DNA of 63,996 nt, the filler included, from an uncultured Myxococcia bacterium (GTDB lineage: Bacteria; CAZTWC01): the NCBI GenBank assembly GCA_964617105.1. It is 4 parts of 4 records of this genome, joined end to end, with 100 filler letters (N's around TTAATTAATTAA, not from the genome) between each part and the next. Parts side by side here need not be neighbours in the genome. Positions count along the whole stretch, not along the records: positions 18,972 to 37,832 come from CAZTWC010000042.1; 3 more parts are not named here. One strand, 5' to 3'. A program made the position numbers and the translations under genes. Positions 20,778 to 30,155 of this stretch are shown here, in pieces. The notes beneath the pieces are model-generated. The model was not told the origin of the DNA and searched no databases. It saw only the letters and a list, made by a program, of their open reading frames with translations. Positions within the stretch are counted from its first letter, which is position 1. Every line of letters starts with the position of its first letter.

Positions 20778-23234
20778 TTATTTTATAGTTCTAACCGGGC
20801 GAAAACCCAAAAGATAACTGCGGAATTCATTTTTTAGCGGCGAGAAAATCGCGTGTCCTTCATAAGGATGATAGCGAAAGGAAGACCGGCATTCATGAGC
20901 TGTATGTCTCCAACAGCCGCCTTTGAAAGTACGATAATCACCCTCAGCCGCTCCTACCGGATCAACCAAACCACTCAAGTCCTTGCTATGATAATGCTCA
21001 TACCTATCCCAGGTCCATTCAAACACATTTCCGCTCATATCATAAAGACCCCAGGCATTGGGCTTTTTTAGTCCCACCCCGTTAGTCCCGGTACAGGATA
21101 ATCCGAAGATGGCCCAATTGTCATAACAGGGTTTATAGTTCACCCTGGAGTTACCGCAATACCAGCCAATTTCATCCAGGTTGGGATCATTACAGTCCCT
21201 ATCTATTAGCGGGCCGTTATAATAAGGAGTCAGGGTATTGGCAAGGATAGCATATTCCCATTCAGCCTCAGTGGGCAGACGATAGCCCGGACAGTTTTGC
21301 GGCTTGGCATAAGTTGATTTCAATTTACAATTTTTAGTAGACTTGCCTTGGCCTTCGCAGACAAAACACTCATCTAAACCTTTAGATTTGGACAGAGCAT
21401 TACAATAAACTAAAGCCTCATACCAATTGACATTCTCCACTGGGCAATCATCACCGCAGGTTTGAAAATGGCTGGGATTATAACTCATCAATTTTTTAAA
21501 CTGGGATTGGGTAACCTCGGTAGATTGAATCTCAAAATCAAAAGTTAAACTCACCTTACTCGATTTTGCCTCACGCATAGTATTTTTGGTATTATCATCT
21601 TCCGCAGCCCCAAAAAGAAACTCACCCGCTTTCAATGGAACAAAAACATTGGAAATAGTACGGGCCGGACGAAATCCGATATTATGGTTTCTATCTTCAG
21701 CAGGTTTTCTATTACGATATGCCGAGCGGCATAACCAGGCTTCACTTCTATAATCTCCTCCCCGGCAAACCCGATAGTAGGGTTTGGAGGAGTCGGTGCC
21801 AGCAGGATCGGTGACATCTCCTTTATATCCTTCCCAATCATCCCAGACCCACTCCCGCACATTGCCGCTCATATCGTAGAGATCCCAGGCATTGGGCTTC
21901 TTTTGGGCTATGGGCATGGTTTTTTCGCTGGAATTTTCACCATACCAGCCAATCTCATTCAAAACCGGATCCAGGTGGCCGGCGTGGGGTTGAGTAATAT
22001 CACCACTACAAAAAGCCTCCTGGCTGCCGGCCCGGGCAGCATATTCCCATTCCGCCTCAGTGGGCAAACGAAAACCGGGACAATCTTGAGGCCGGCTATA
22101 TTCGGGCTTTAATTTACAGGTCACCTCCTGTTTACTTCCCTGGCACAAAAAACACTCCTTATAGCCTTTACTTTTAGAGAGGGCATTGCAAAAAGCCAGA
22201 GATTCGTGCCAATTGAGATTTTCTACCGGCCGAAAGTCGCCATCATCTTTTTGCTGGCTGGGATTGTATCCCATCAATTCCTGAAATTCTTTCTGCCATA
22301 TCTCAGTGGATAATATCTCATAACTATAGGTAAGTTTCACTTTATGTTCAATTTCGTTCTCCGAGCGCCCCGGTTCATCAGCCGGGCTGCCCATGGTAAA
22401 GGTTTTTGGGCGGATGGTTACATATCTGCTTGGCAGCCAGTGGCCCCCTTTTCTCAAAAGAGCCTTTATCTCATCCGGAATAAGGGCGCGGTTGTAGATC
22501 CGGATATCATCTATTATCCCCTTGAAATTATTCTCTTTGGTTGGAGATACACCGATGCTGATTTTCGATTCTGGGCTGTGCCGGATATCCCCTGTAAACT
22601 CAAATCCACCATCCTCTCTTCCGTCAAGATAGCATTTGACTTTGATACCGTCATAGGTGAAAACCGCCAAATGCCAGGTATGGGACTTTACCTCAGAACT
22701 ACAGTCTTGCCATTTTAGTTCCTGGCCATTGTGCAGATAGGGACGGATTTTGTTTTTTGAGGAGATGGAAAATTGATAATCAATAGGTGAGGCATCACCG
22801 CCATTTTCAGCAGATGACTCTGTAGATGAGCCCGGTATAATCCCTTTACTAATAATAACCTTTTCAATTCTGGGAAAACTCTTTATATAGATCCAGGCGG
22901 AAATTGTCAGTTTGGGCAGAAGGGTAGAAATAGTTGGATGGTTAATCTCAATCAGGTCATCGGGTTGATAAAAGAGAAAAGCGCCATTATCCTGGCCAAA
23001 CCTGTCTTTAGTTGGCAGGGTCCCGGATATTTCCCCCTTAATTATCTCATCACCTTCACTTTCAGCATTTCCGCTAAAAGGAAAATAGGCCAGAACCCCG
23101 CAATCCAGAGTTTTGTCACCCTGGCCAGAACAGCCAGTATAGATATTCCAGCCCTTTATACCATCACCGCAACGGATAGTCGCAAAGGCTAAAATTGCTA
23201 TCCAAATTATTACTTCAAAATATATCCGCTTCAT
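20778..23234 (-). CDS. Probable lipoprotein: LamG-like jellyroll plus two FGE-sulfatase (SUMF1/CLec) domains
   Basis: FKGIIDDIRIYNRAL; two copies of RLPTEAEWEY / KPNAW.LYDMSGNV.EW / GFRP.RT. Confidence 0.9.
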   Translation of the reverse strand: MKRIYFEVIIWIAILAFATIRCGDGIKGWNIYTGCSGQGDKTLDCGVLAYFPFSGNAESEGDEIIKGEISGTLPTKDRFGQDNGAFLFYQPDDLIEINHPTISTLLPKLTISAWIYIKSFPRIEKVIISKGIIPGSSTESSAENGGDASPIDYQFSISSKNKIRPYLHNGQELKWQDCSSEVKSHTWHLAVFTYDGIKVKCYLDGREDGGFEFTGDIRHSPESKISIGVSPTKENNFKGIIDDIRIYNRALIPDEIKALLRKGGHWLPSRYVTIRPKTFTMGSPADEPGRSENEIEHKVKLTYSYEILSTEIWQKEFQELMGYNPSQQKDDGDFRPVENLNWHESLAFCNALSKSKGYKECFLCQGSKQEVTCKLKPEYSRPQDCPGFRLPTEAEWEYAARAGSQEAFCSGDITQPHAGHLDPVLNEIGWYGENSSEKTMPIAQKKPNAWDLYDMSGNVREWVWDDWEGYKGDVTDPAGTDSSKPYYRVCRGGDYRSEAWLCRSAYRNRKPAEDRNHNIGFRPARTISNVFVPLKAGEFLFGAAEDDNTKNTMREAKSSKVSLTFDFEIQSTEVTQSQFKKLMSYNPSHFQTCGDDCPVENVNWYEALVYCNALSKSKGLDECFVCEGQGKSTKNCKLKSTYAKPQNCPGYRLPTEAEWEYAILANTLTPYYNGPLIDRDCNDPNLDEIGWYCGNSRVNYKPCYDNWAIFGLSCTGTNGVGLKKPNAWGLYDMSGNVFEWTWDRYEHYHSKDLSGLVDPVGAAEGDYRTFKGGCWRHTAHECRSSFRYHPYEGHAIFSPLKNEFRSYLLGFRPVRTIK

Positions 23235-23301
23235 TTTTAGGTTCCATGATAACGGGTGGCAAAAAGATTTTTAATTATAGAGGTTAATGCTGCATAGTGC
23301 C

Positions 23302-24264
23302 CTAAGGTGTGACAAACTTTATTCGCCCTTCCAATTTAGGTGTCACCGGTGTGTTTTTCTGAAAATACTCTTCCATAGTAACTATAAGATCGACTGTAGA
23401 ATCTTTTTTCTTGGCAGCATCTAATTTTTTTAAGGTAACAAACTTGTCGCCTCCACCAGCCCGGTAATTATCAGTCAATATTTTATAGGTGGTGGTATCG
23501 GCCTTTATTTCTTTGCCATCCAGTTTTATAGAAACAATCCGTTCTCCTGGGGTAACTATTTCGGTATTATTTTCATCTAATTTTTCACCTATTTTATCAA
23601 GGTCGATAAGAATTTCAACCCCTTTGGAAACCTGAAGGAAAGCACCCGCTGGGTCACCAACACCGGTATGAGGAAGCCCGGCAACAGAATGCTCAAAAAT
23701 CTCTTTCAGTTGAACACCGGTTACTTCAACTACTACAGCGGTATTTTTATATTTGTATATTTTCTGCAGTATATCCTTGGTAATTTCTCCAGCCTTATAG
23801 ATGCCATCGGGCCTGGTGTTAGGATCAAAACGGAGGTTACCGCCTGCAGTAACGGCAAAGTCCACTTTCTCGATCTTGGCATCAGCATATTCTTTGGCCG
23901 CATCTGATGCCAGGTTGCCCAGAAGAGACTCTTTGGTGCGGACATTCACTTTGTTGGCATCCAGATCTACGGTAACTTCACCCACCACATTGGGGTCCAC
24001 ACTGCTGTCAGTTCCTGCATCAGTAACTGCATCGGTCTCACCTGCATCAGTTATCTCATCAGTCTCACCTGCATCTTCGGTCCCGGCATCATCTTGGGTG
24101 CCACCATCAGTCTTGGTATCTTCTCCGCTATCGGTTTTACCGGCATCTACGTCTGAGGATGCTCCGCCTCCATCCACGGATTCTTTCTTATCAGATTCTT
24201 CACCACAGGCAAATAATAAAGATATCATCATGCAAAAAATCAATGTGAATTTTAAAATTTTCAT
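23302..24264 (-). CDS. Lipoprotein with acidic DAG linker and 5'-nucleotidase C-terminal domain only
   Basis: Lipobox LFAC; ESLLGNLASDA, GGNLR, GAFLQVS, YRAGGGD, EGRI; AGGAG RBS before ATG 24264. Confidence 0.8.
   Translation of the reverse strand: MKILKFTLIFCMMISLLFACGEESDKKESVDGGGASSDVDAGKTDSGEDTKTDGGTQDDAGTEDAGETDEITDAGETDAVTDAGTDSSVDPNVVGEVTVDLDANKVNVRTKESLLGNLASDAAKEYADAKIEKVDFAVTAGGNLRFDPNTRPDGIYKAGEITKDILQKIYKYKNTAVVVEVTGVQLKEIFEHSVAGLPHTGVGDPAGAFLQVSKGVEILIDLDKIGEKLDENNTEIVTPGERIVSIKLDGKEIKADTTTYKILTDNYRAGGGDKFVTLKKLDAAKKKDSTVDLIVTMEEYFQKNTPVTPKLEGRIKFVTP
24014..24075. repeat. 27-bp imperfect coding tandem repeat (about 2.3 copies) encoding TDAGETDxx
   Basis: cctgcatcagtaactgcatcggtctca / cctgcatcagttatctcatcagtctca / cctgcatc. 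Confidence 0.85.
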
Positions 24265-24463
24265 AAAATCTCTCCTATAAATAATTTCACAAATAATATA
24301 ATTTAAATTTGAAGGCAATATGTCATATAATGCATTAGAAGTCAAATAATTTTTATGGGAGGATGACAAAAATTGCAGGACAGGGAATAACCGGACGGAA
24401 ACTGTTGCCCGAAATTGGCAACCAGGCCCTATTCCAGACCGAATAGTAGTGGCTAGTTTCGAA

Positions 24464-26035
24464 CTATCTCCATTGGGTCCCGATACTCACCACCGCCTGG
24501 CCGTCAAAGCGGTGCTGCCAGCCTTTGGCTGACATTTTGAAGGCACGGCCGCCACCACCAACTTCAATGGTGAGAAGGGCCGGTCCCAAAGGCATAGAAT
24601 AGCCGATAGTTGCAATGTATGACCAACCGGTGGTGGAGTTAATCTCTGAATCTTTATCAACCGGATTTAGGGTCTGATAGAGGTAGTCGTATCCCAGTAA
24701 GGCATCGGCATGGAGCACACCAAATGATATTTCAAAAGCATAACCGATTCCAGCCATAGCACTTAAATCGTATAGCTTTTGGGAGTTCTTTGGGTTTGAA
24801 CTGAAGGCTGCCAAGAGACGCATGGTAGGTTGCCAGTTGCCAAAAGTATCTATCCGGTAACGCAACGCTGAACCAAAGGCAGGGGTTTCATAGTCGAGTG
24901 GACAAATTCTAAAAAGGGCGCCTCCCTCCACCTGATGGGTATATCTCTTGCGAAAAAGCCCCCCTTTGGCAACGGTTTGCTCGGGAGTATAGTCTTGGAA
25001 ATCATTTTGAGTCAGGGTAATTCCACCCACTTTTGGCACCGAGAACTGGAGCCGTTTGGTCTGACCCAAGGCTAAAAGATTGGCCCGGTAATTGCCAGCA
25101 GGCAAGGCCAGGACTATCGCTTTTTGAGGCTTAACTGCGATCTCGGCCACCATAGTGTCAGCTTTATGGTTTAATAGCAGGAGCCGCCCATGGTGTTCTC
25201 CCTTAAATTTCAGATATGATTGGCTTTTATCCAGGTTGGTTAAAATGATATCCCCATGCCCCTTGATACGGAATTTGTACATAGGGTGCTGTATTCCGGT
25301 TGAAAGAGCGCTGGTGTGAATCACTGTCTTGTTATATGCGTGTTTATAGGCTTCGGAAAGGGTTACTTTTCCGTCTTTGGAATTATCTGCAGCCCCATGC
25401 AGGGCAGATACTAAATAGTGGGTAAAAAAGGAGCCTCTCACCTCTTCTGACTCTTGGCTCAATTCATTATGGGCACTGGAGGTGATGATAGCATATCCGG
25501 AAGAAGATAACTGTTCGTTAATGGATATGTTGTATCCTGGTCCGCGGCGTCCCCCTTTGTTTGCTACCAATTTGCCGCTATGGCAGGAGTCGATGATGGC
25601 GAGGCGGACATTGGCGCCAGATGTCTTCAAGAAATTTGATAGATATCTAAAATCGAGACTAGTACGTCCCAATTCCAGGTGATAACCATCGGCATGACCG
25701 GAAAAATAGAAAACAAATAAAGATTTAATGCCATTTTGTCCATCAGCCTTTAGGTTTTCCTCTATTTTGAAGATGACTGACCATATTTCTGAGGCTGAAG
25801 CCCCCAAAAAAAGATGGGAATTCTCAGCCGGAAAACCTCCAAGTTTTACCAGGGTTGAGAAAAATTTCTGAGCATCGCTTTCTGCGTATTGTAAAGTTTT
25901 TTGCGTTTTTTTCCCTTCATTATTACCCAAAACTATCGCGTATTTTTTAACTTCTGCTAAAGAAAAATCTGGATAAAAAAGAATAAGGCAAGAAAATATA
26001 AGAGCAGCCAGGATAGCCGAAATTCTAGCGGTCAT
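24464..26035 (-). CDS. Exported caspase-family (peptidase C14) protein with probable C-terminal beta-barrel
   Basis: Signal peptide ...FSLA-EV; LQYAESDA, YFSGHADG (His), IDSCHSG (Cys), GSFFTHYL, DGKVTLSEAY; ends IGTQWR. Confidence 0.88.
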   Translation of the reverse strand: MTARISAILAALIFSCLILFYPDFSLAEVKKYAIVLGNNEGKKTQKTLQYAESDAQKFFSTLVKLGGFPAENSHLFLGASASEIWSVIFKIEENLKADGQNGIKSLFVFYFSGHADGYHLELGRTSLDFRYLSNFLKTSGANVRLAIIDSCHSGKLVANKGGRRGPGYNISINEQLSSSGYAIITSSAHNELSQESEEVRGSFFTHYLVSALHGAADNSKDGKVTLSEAYKHAYNKTVIHTSALSTGIQHPMYKFRIKGHGDIILTNLDKSQSYLKFKGEHHGRLLLLNHKADTMVAEIAVKPQKAIVLALPAGNYRANLLALGQTKRLQFSVPKVGGITLTQNDFQDYTPEQTVAKGGLFRKRYTHQVEGGALFRICPLDYETPAFGSALRYRIDTFGNWQPTMRLLAAFSSNPKNSQKLYDLSAMAGIGYAFEISFGVLHADALLGYDYLYQTLNPVDKDSEINSTTGWSYIATIGYSMPLGPALLTIEVGGGGRAFKMSAKGWQHRFDGQAVVSIGTQWR

Positions 26036-26825
26036 AGCGTTTCTCTTTAATGATGGGAATTAACACCAGATTCCCTTTTAAATTATCATTGGGCGGGATA
26101 TGAATAAATGTATTAATTCGCTGTGCCAGGTTAACCAGTTTCTTGTAAACTTCAATCCGGGAAAAATTCTCAGAACTAAAATATATGATTATAGTTTCAG
26201 GGCCAGTGTAATTATCTAAAATGACACTACCTTCCAGCACATTTTCTCCCGCCGTATCAATCCGCAAAGGGTAGCGATCGAGTTCTGGAGGCAACTCAGG
26301 ATAGAAAAAATTGGATGAACCATCTGCAGAAACAGTAAATATGCTTAAAAATCCTGGTGTTGAACAGGTTATAACAAATCTTAAGGCATCGCCTTCCCGT
26401 AAAGTCTGTCCTGGTTGAACATAGAATTGTTCATCCCCTCTTTTTACAATAATTTTTACCCCTAAATCTCCCTTGTAGTTAACAGCAAAATCGGGTGAAT
26501 GGTTCAAGCCGGTAACAAGAAAACCTATAATCACCAAGAAAGCGATGGAGGCGGCTATAAGAATGGGTTTAGCCTGTTTAGGGAATAATCGCCGCAAGAA
26601 GGTTACCTTGGGAGAATGAGGCATTGTCTTAATTTGGGCCTTCAATCTGGCAAAAGAATCTTCACGAATAGAGTTGTAATCTGCAGCCGTTGATTCAATT
26701 TGGCCTAAAATCTTTTGACAGGCAGAGCATTCCTGCAAATGTTCTTTTAGAGCAAGGGTTTCCTCTTCTGGCAACTCTTTTAGATAATACTGCACTAAGG
26801 CAAATTGTTTTGGGCATTTGTCCAT
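26025..26825 (-). CDS. Zinc anti-sigma factor (zf-HC2) + TM + DUF4384-like periplasmic domain
   Basis: HLQECSAC (HxxxCxxC), one TM helix, LREGDALRF...LEGSVILD..GPE; overlaps both neighbours. Confidence 0.82.
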   Translation of the reverse strand: MDKCPKQFALVQYYLKELPEEETLALKEHLQECSACQKILGQIESTAADYNSIREDSFARLKAQIKTMPHSPKVTFLRRLFPKQAKPILIAASIAFLVIIGFLVTGLNHSPDFAVNYKGDLGVKIIVKRGDEQFYVQPGQTLREGDALRFVITCSTPGFLSIFTVSADGSSNFFYPELPPELDRYPLRIDTAGENVLEGSVILDNYTGPETIIIYFSSENFSRIEVYKKLVNLAQRINTFIHIPPNDNLKGNLVLIPIIKEKRYDR

Positions 26826-27385
26826 TAAAAAACCTTTAATTTTAGTGCTTTCAGGCGTAATTGTTTTACTTTTTTAACCACTGTCCGCCTTGAAATCCCC
26901 AAATTTTCTGCTATCTGTCCCTGACTTAGGCCATCAATAAAATAAGATACAAAAATAACCTGTTCCCTTTCATCAAGTTCATTGACAACAGTTTCAATTA
27001 TTTCCCTGGCCATTATTTTTCCCTCTTCCTGAGGGGAAAATGATAACTCGGCATTGCGGGTTAAATTTATTGCTTTTTTGCCTCGTTTCCTTTTTCTTAA
27101 AATTTTTAAGCATACATTAGTGGCAATTTGGTAAAGCCAGGCTAAATAAGTATGCTTTTTATCAAAACGATCCAGGGCTTTGTACGCAGACAAGAAAGTC
27201 TCCTGCACGGCATCTTTAGCCTCCTCCCCGTCGGTCAAAAAGTTCTTACATTTATAAAAGATCACACCTGAATATTTCTGGTGTAAATCTTCAAGTACCT
27301 TTATTGGATCCGGCGAAGTTGCGGATAAGTTTTTCTTATCTGTCTTATCTATATTAATCCCGGTGAAGGGTAAAGTGAGAACCAT
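26825..27385 (-). CDS. ECF RNA polymerase sigma factor
   Basis: AKDAVQETFL, AWLYQIATNVCL, GLSQGQIAENLGISRRTV. Confidence 0.92.
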   Translation of the reverse strand: MVLTLPFTGINIDKTDKKNLSATSPDPIKVLEDLHQKYSGVIFYKCKNFLTDGEEAKDAVQETFLSAYKALDRFDKKHTYLAWLYQIATNVCLKILRKRKRGKKAINLTRNAELSFSPQEEGKIMAREIIETVVNELDEREQVIFVSYFIDGLSQGQIAENLGISRRTVVKKVKQLRLKALKLKVF

Positions 27386-27710
27386 TTTTTCAATTTATTT
27401 TTAAATGGATGAAAATATTATTCTATTGGGCAGATCAAATTTCTAATATAGAGCATTCAATATAAATGAAATATTAAAAATAATCAATCAAACCTCTATA
27501 GAATTCACAATCATATCCTAAAGCGAGCACTAAAGAAAATATTGTGAAAAGAAATATTTTAATTTTAGGGTTCACACTTTGGGTCTCTACGGGATTAATA
27601 GTTTATAAAGGGAGAAGTGCTTTAATTCAGCAGTCAAAATTGTAAGTTAGTAGTTTCAGCCGGCCGGACCATTTATGTCTTGGGAATTGAGAATTAGGGG
27701 ATTTTTAAAA

Positions 27711-28442
27711 ATGGCGCATTTAACTCAAAAAGATAATACTCAAAGAGATAATATTAATGCAAGTGCAGAAGCAAAGAAAATAGTTGCCGATATTTTTCAT
27801 GACTTCCGTAACCAACTAACAACGGTCTTAACTGCTGTTGATATACTGCGCCATTTTCAGGAAAAGATGACACCCGATCAGATTGACCAGCATCATAAAA
27901 CAATAAACTCACATATTAACAATATAGCCTATTTAATGGATAGTTTTGTTTTAGAGAACCAGATGGATGAAGGAAAATTACATCTTCAGCCAGAGAAAGA
28001 AAATATCCGCGAGTTCTGTGAATCCATTATTAAGGAACTAAATGGATTGCACTTTACCAAGAGCCTGGTGTTTACCTTTTCCGGACCACAGGAACACATA
28101 TTTTTTGATAGGCGATTACTGCAGTGTATTTTGAGAAATTTACTGTCCAATAGTATTAAATATTCTCAACCAACCGACCCGGTATATCTGCATCTTTCCT
28201 GCAAAAATAATCGTATTAGTTTAAGTGTGCGGGATCGGGGAATTGGAATTCCCAAGCATGAAATCCCCCGAATATTTGAGCGGTATTACCGTTGTCAAAA
28301 CATAAAAAAGATCCCCGGCACCGGTTTAGGTTTGTCCATTGTTAAAGATGCTATAGATTTTTATGGAGGATTTCTGGAAATCGAAAGTGAACTCAACCAG
28401 GGAACCCATATCAAAGTTATATTGCCATTAAAAACAAAATAA
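27711..28442 (+). CDS. Sensor-less histidine kinase (HisKA + HATPase)
   Basis: FHDFRNQL, NLLSNSIKYS, DRGIGIP, GTGLGL; alternative start at 27675. Confidence 0.85.
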   Translation: MAHLTQKDNTQRDNINASAEAKKIVADIFHDFRNQLTTVLTAVDILRHFQEKMTPDQIDQHHKTINSHINNIAYLMDSFVLENQMDEGKLHLQPEKENIREFCESIIKELNGLHFTKSLVFTFSGPQEHIFFDRRLLQCILRNLLSNSIKYSQPTDPVYLHLSCKNNRISLSVRDRGIGIPKHEIPRIFERYYRCQNIKKIPGTGLGLSIVKDAIDFYGGFLEIESELNQGTHIKVILPLKTK

Positions 28443-28623
28443 ATCCCCCCTTGCCCCGTCAAAACATCTACTCCTTAAATTTTTTTACTATTTCTATTTC
28501 GCCTTCCAGTTTCAAGGTCTCAGCCAGTGGTTTGACCTCCGGCCTTTCAAAATCGGTAGGAGAAGGTCTGTGAAGGATGATATTAGAAAATGATGAGTTA
28601 ATAGGCTCAAACAATTTATGTTT

Positions 28624-29316
28624 TCAAACCAGTTTAAAGAGAAATTTTATAGTATAGTAAATGCCAACTACAATAAATATTACTGCTGTTACACAACGAG
28701 TCCATTTTTCCAATCCAGTGATAAAATTAAAAATACGAGAAATACGATTAGCAGAAAAGACAAGCACTATGGCAAAAATAACAACTGGCAGAGCAGTCCC
28801 AATCCCATAAAGAGAGGGCATAATAAATATTGACTGAAATTTAAGTGCTAGAGGTATAAGGCTGCCAAAGAATAACGCCGCTGAAACGGGACAAAAGGAC
28901 AGTGCGAATATACATCCCAGAAAAAATGATCCAGAAAAACCCATCTTTGCCGCAATTTGCTGTGCATAATGCGATATTTTTGATGATTCAGGCAAAGACC
29001 ATTGAAAAATTTTCAGTATTAACAAACCCGTTATAATCAAGATAGGTCCTAGTAATTTATTGATGTGGTCCTGAAGAAAATTAGCAATGGCAGGAATTGA
29101 CGATAATCCTTGTAATATTATTACCGCAATTGCGAAGTAAACAAAAGTCCTGCCTAAGGTATATAATAAACCATTAATCATGGCAGTCTGCGGTTTATCG
29201 ACCTGTTTTCCTATATAGGAAACAGCAGTGATATTAGTGGCAAGGGGGCAGGGACTTATAGATGTTAAAATTCCAAGCCATAATGCGCTAAATGTTGCCA
29301 GAGAAAATTCCTCCAC
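28624..29316 (-). CDS. arsG: ArsG-family (DsbD/CcdA-like) aromatic arsenical efflux permease
   Basis: LTSISPCPLATNI, ALSFCPVSAALFFGSLIP, YGIGTALPV; ars context. Confidence 0.8.
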   Translation of the reverse strand: MEEFSLATFSALWLGILTSISPCPLATNITAVSYIGKQVDKPQTAMINGLLYTLGRTFVYFAIAVIILQGLSSIPAIANFLQDHINKLLGPILIITGLLILKIFQWSLPESSKISHYAQQIAAKMGFSGSFFLGCIFALSFCPVSAALFFGSLIPLALKFQSIFIMPSLYGIGTALPVVIFAIVLVFSANRISRIFNFITGLEKWTRCVTAVIFIVVGIYYTIKFLFKLV

Positions 29317-29840
29317 TATTTACCTTTCAAAAAACTTTGTATTTCATTTTGTACATATTGAATATACTGCTTAGGATCATTAACAAGGTCCCATATTTTA
29401 TCACAATTTTTCCATCTTATCTCTTTCCCTTCATTATATGCAGAAATAATAATCGCTTTTGTATATAGATTATAATCTTTTTTAAAATGTTTACTTTCTG
29501 GTTTATCAAAATTTACTGGTTTCCATTCCAATTCGCCGTTGGTCATCTCTTTTTCAAAACCTTGCTGAAGTGCCTGTAAAGCATATTTTTCCATATTGAT
29601 ACAAGTCCTGCATCGGTAATCACCATTAAAATAATACACAACGGTTCTGTTAGTTTTTACTTTTTTAATTTCTGACACAGGCTCATTTAAATTCGTGGAT
29701 CTCAAAACTAATTTGGACTTTGTTTCAGATCTAATACTTTGTTTTTCTGGCTCTGTTTTTTTACAACTACAATTAAAAATTGACATTCCAAATAATGTTA
29801 TCCATAAACATAGAGTGATATATAAATAATTTTTCATCAT
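29316..29840 (-). CDS. arsF: ArsF-family thioredoxin-like exported protein
   Basis: VYYF.G.YRCRTC, WKNCDKIW; lies between the thioredoxin and arsG. Confidence 0.75.
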   Translation of the reverse strand: MMKNYLYITLCLWITLFGMSIFNCSCKKTEPEKQSIRSETKSKLVLRSTNLNEPVSEIKKVKTNRTVVYYFNGDYRCRTCINMEKYALQALQQGFEKEMTNGELEWKPVNFDKPESKHFKKDYNLYTKAIIISAYNEGKEIRWKNCDKIWDLVNDPKQYIQYVQNEIQSFLKGK

Positions 29841-29879
29841 TACTTTCTCGTTGATATTTTAAATATTATTAAAAAGTTA

Positions 29880-30122
29880 TCAAGATATAATCATTTTTTT
29901 TAAATCTTGTAATGAAGGTATTTTACCCACACTTTTTATTTCACCATTTATTACCAGCCCAGGAGTAATCATCACACCTCGCTCAATAATTTTTTGAATA
30001 TCATTGACCTTAATGACCTCAGCCTCAATTTTGTTTTCTTCCACCACTTGCTTGGTTAAATTAAATAATTTATTACATTTCATACAACCTGTGCCTAAAA
30101 TTTCAACTTTTATCATGGACAA
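29880..30122 (-). CDS. Small thioredoxin-family redox-active disulfide protein (MTH895/ArsE-like)
   Basis: ILGTGCMKC, GVMITPGLVING. Confidence 0.88.
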   Translation of the reverse strand: MSMIKVEILGTGCMKCNKLFNLTKQVVEENKIEAEVIKVNDIQKIIERGVMITPGLVINGEIKSVGKIPSLQDLKKMIIS

Positions 30123-30155
30123 TTCCTCTCGTTTTAATTTTCAATGTCAAACTAC

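Noticed and set aside
20778-23234. Diversity-generating retroelement (FGE/CLec target plus the Avd-like gene at 49405)
   Set aside because: No reverse transcriptase and no template repeat differing at adenines were seen. The two FGE domains are anciently diverged, and the four-helix gene is on another contig.
20622-28626. TGA read-through (selenocysteine or recoding) after the response regulator and arsG
   Set aside because: The TGAs fall at natural protein ends, not at Cys-homologous sites. No SECIS-like hairpin is evident, and conserved genes have no internal TGA.
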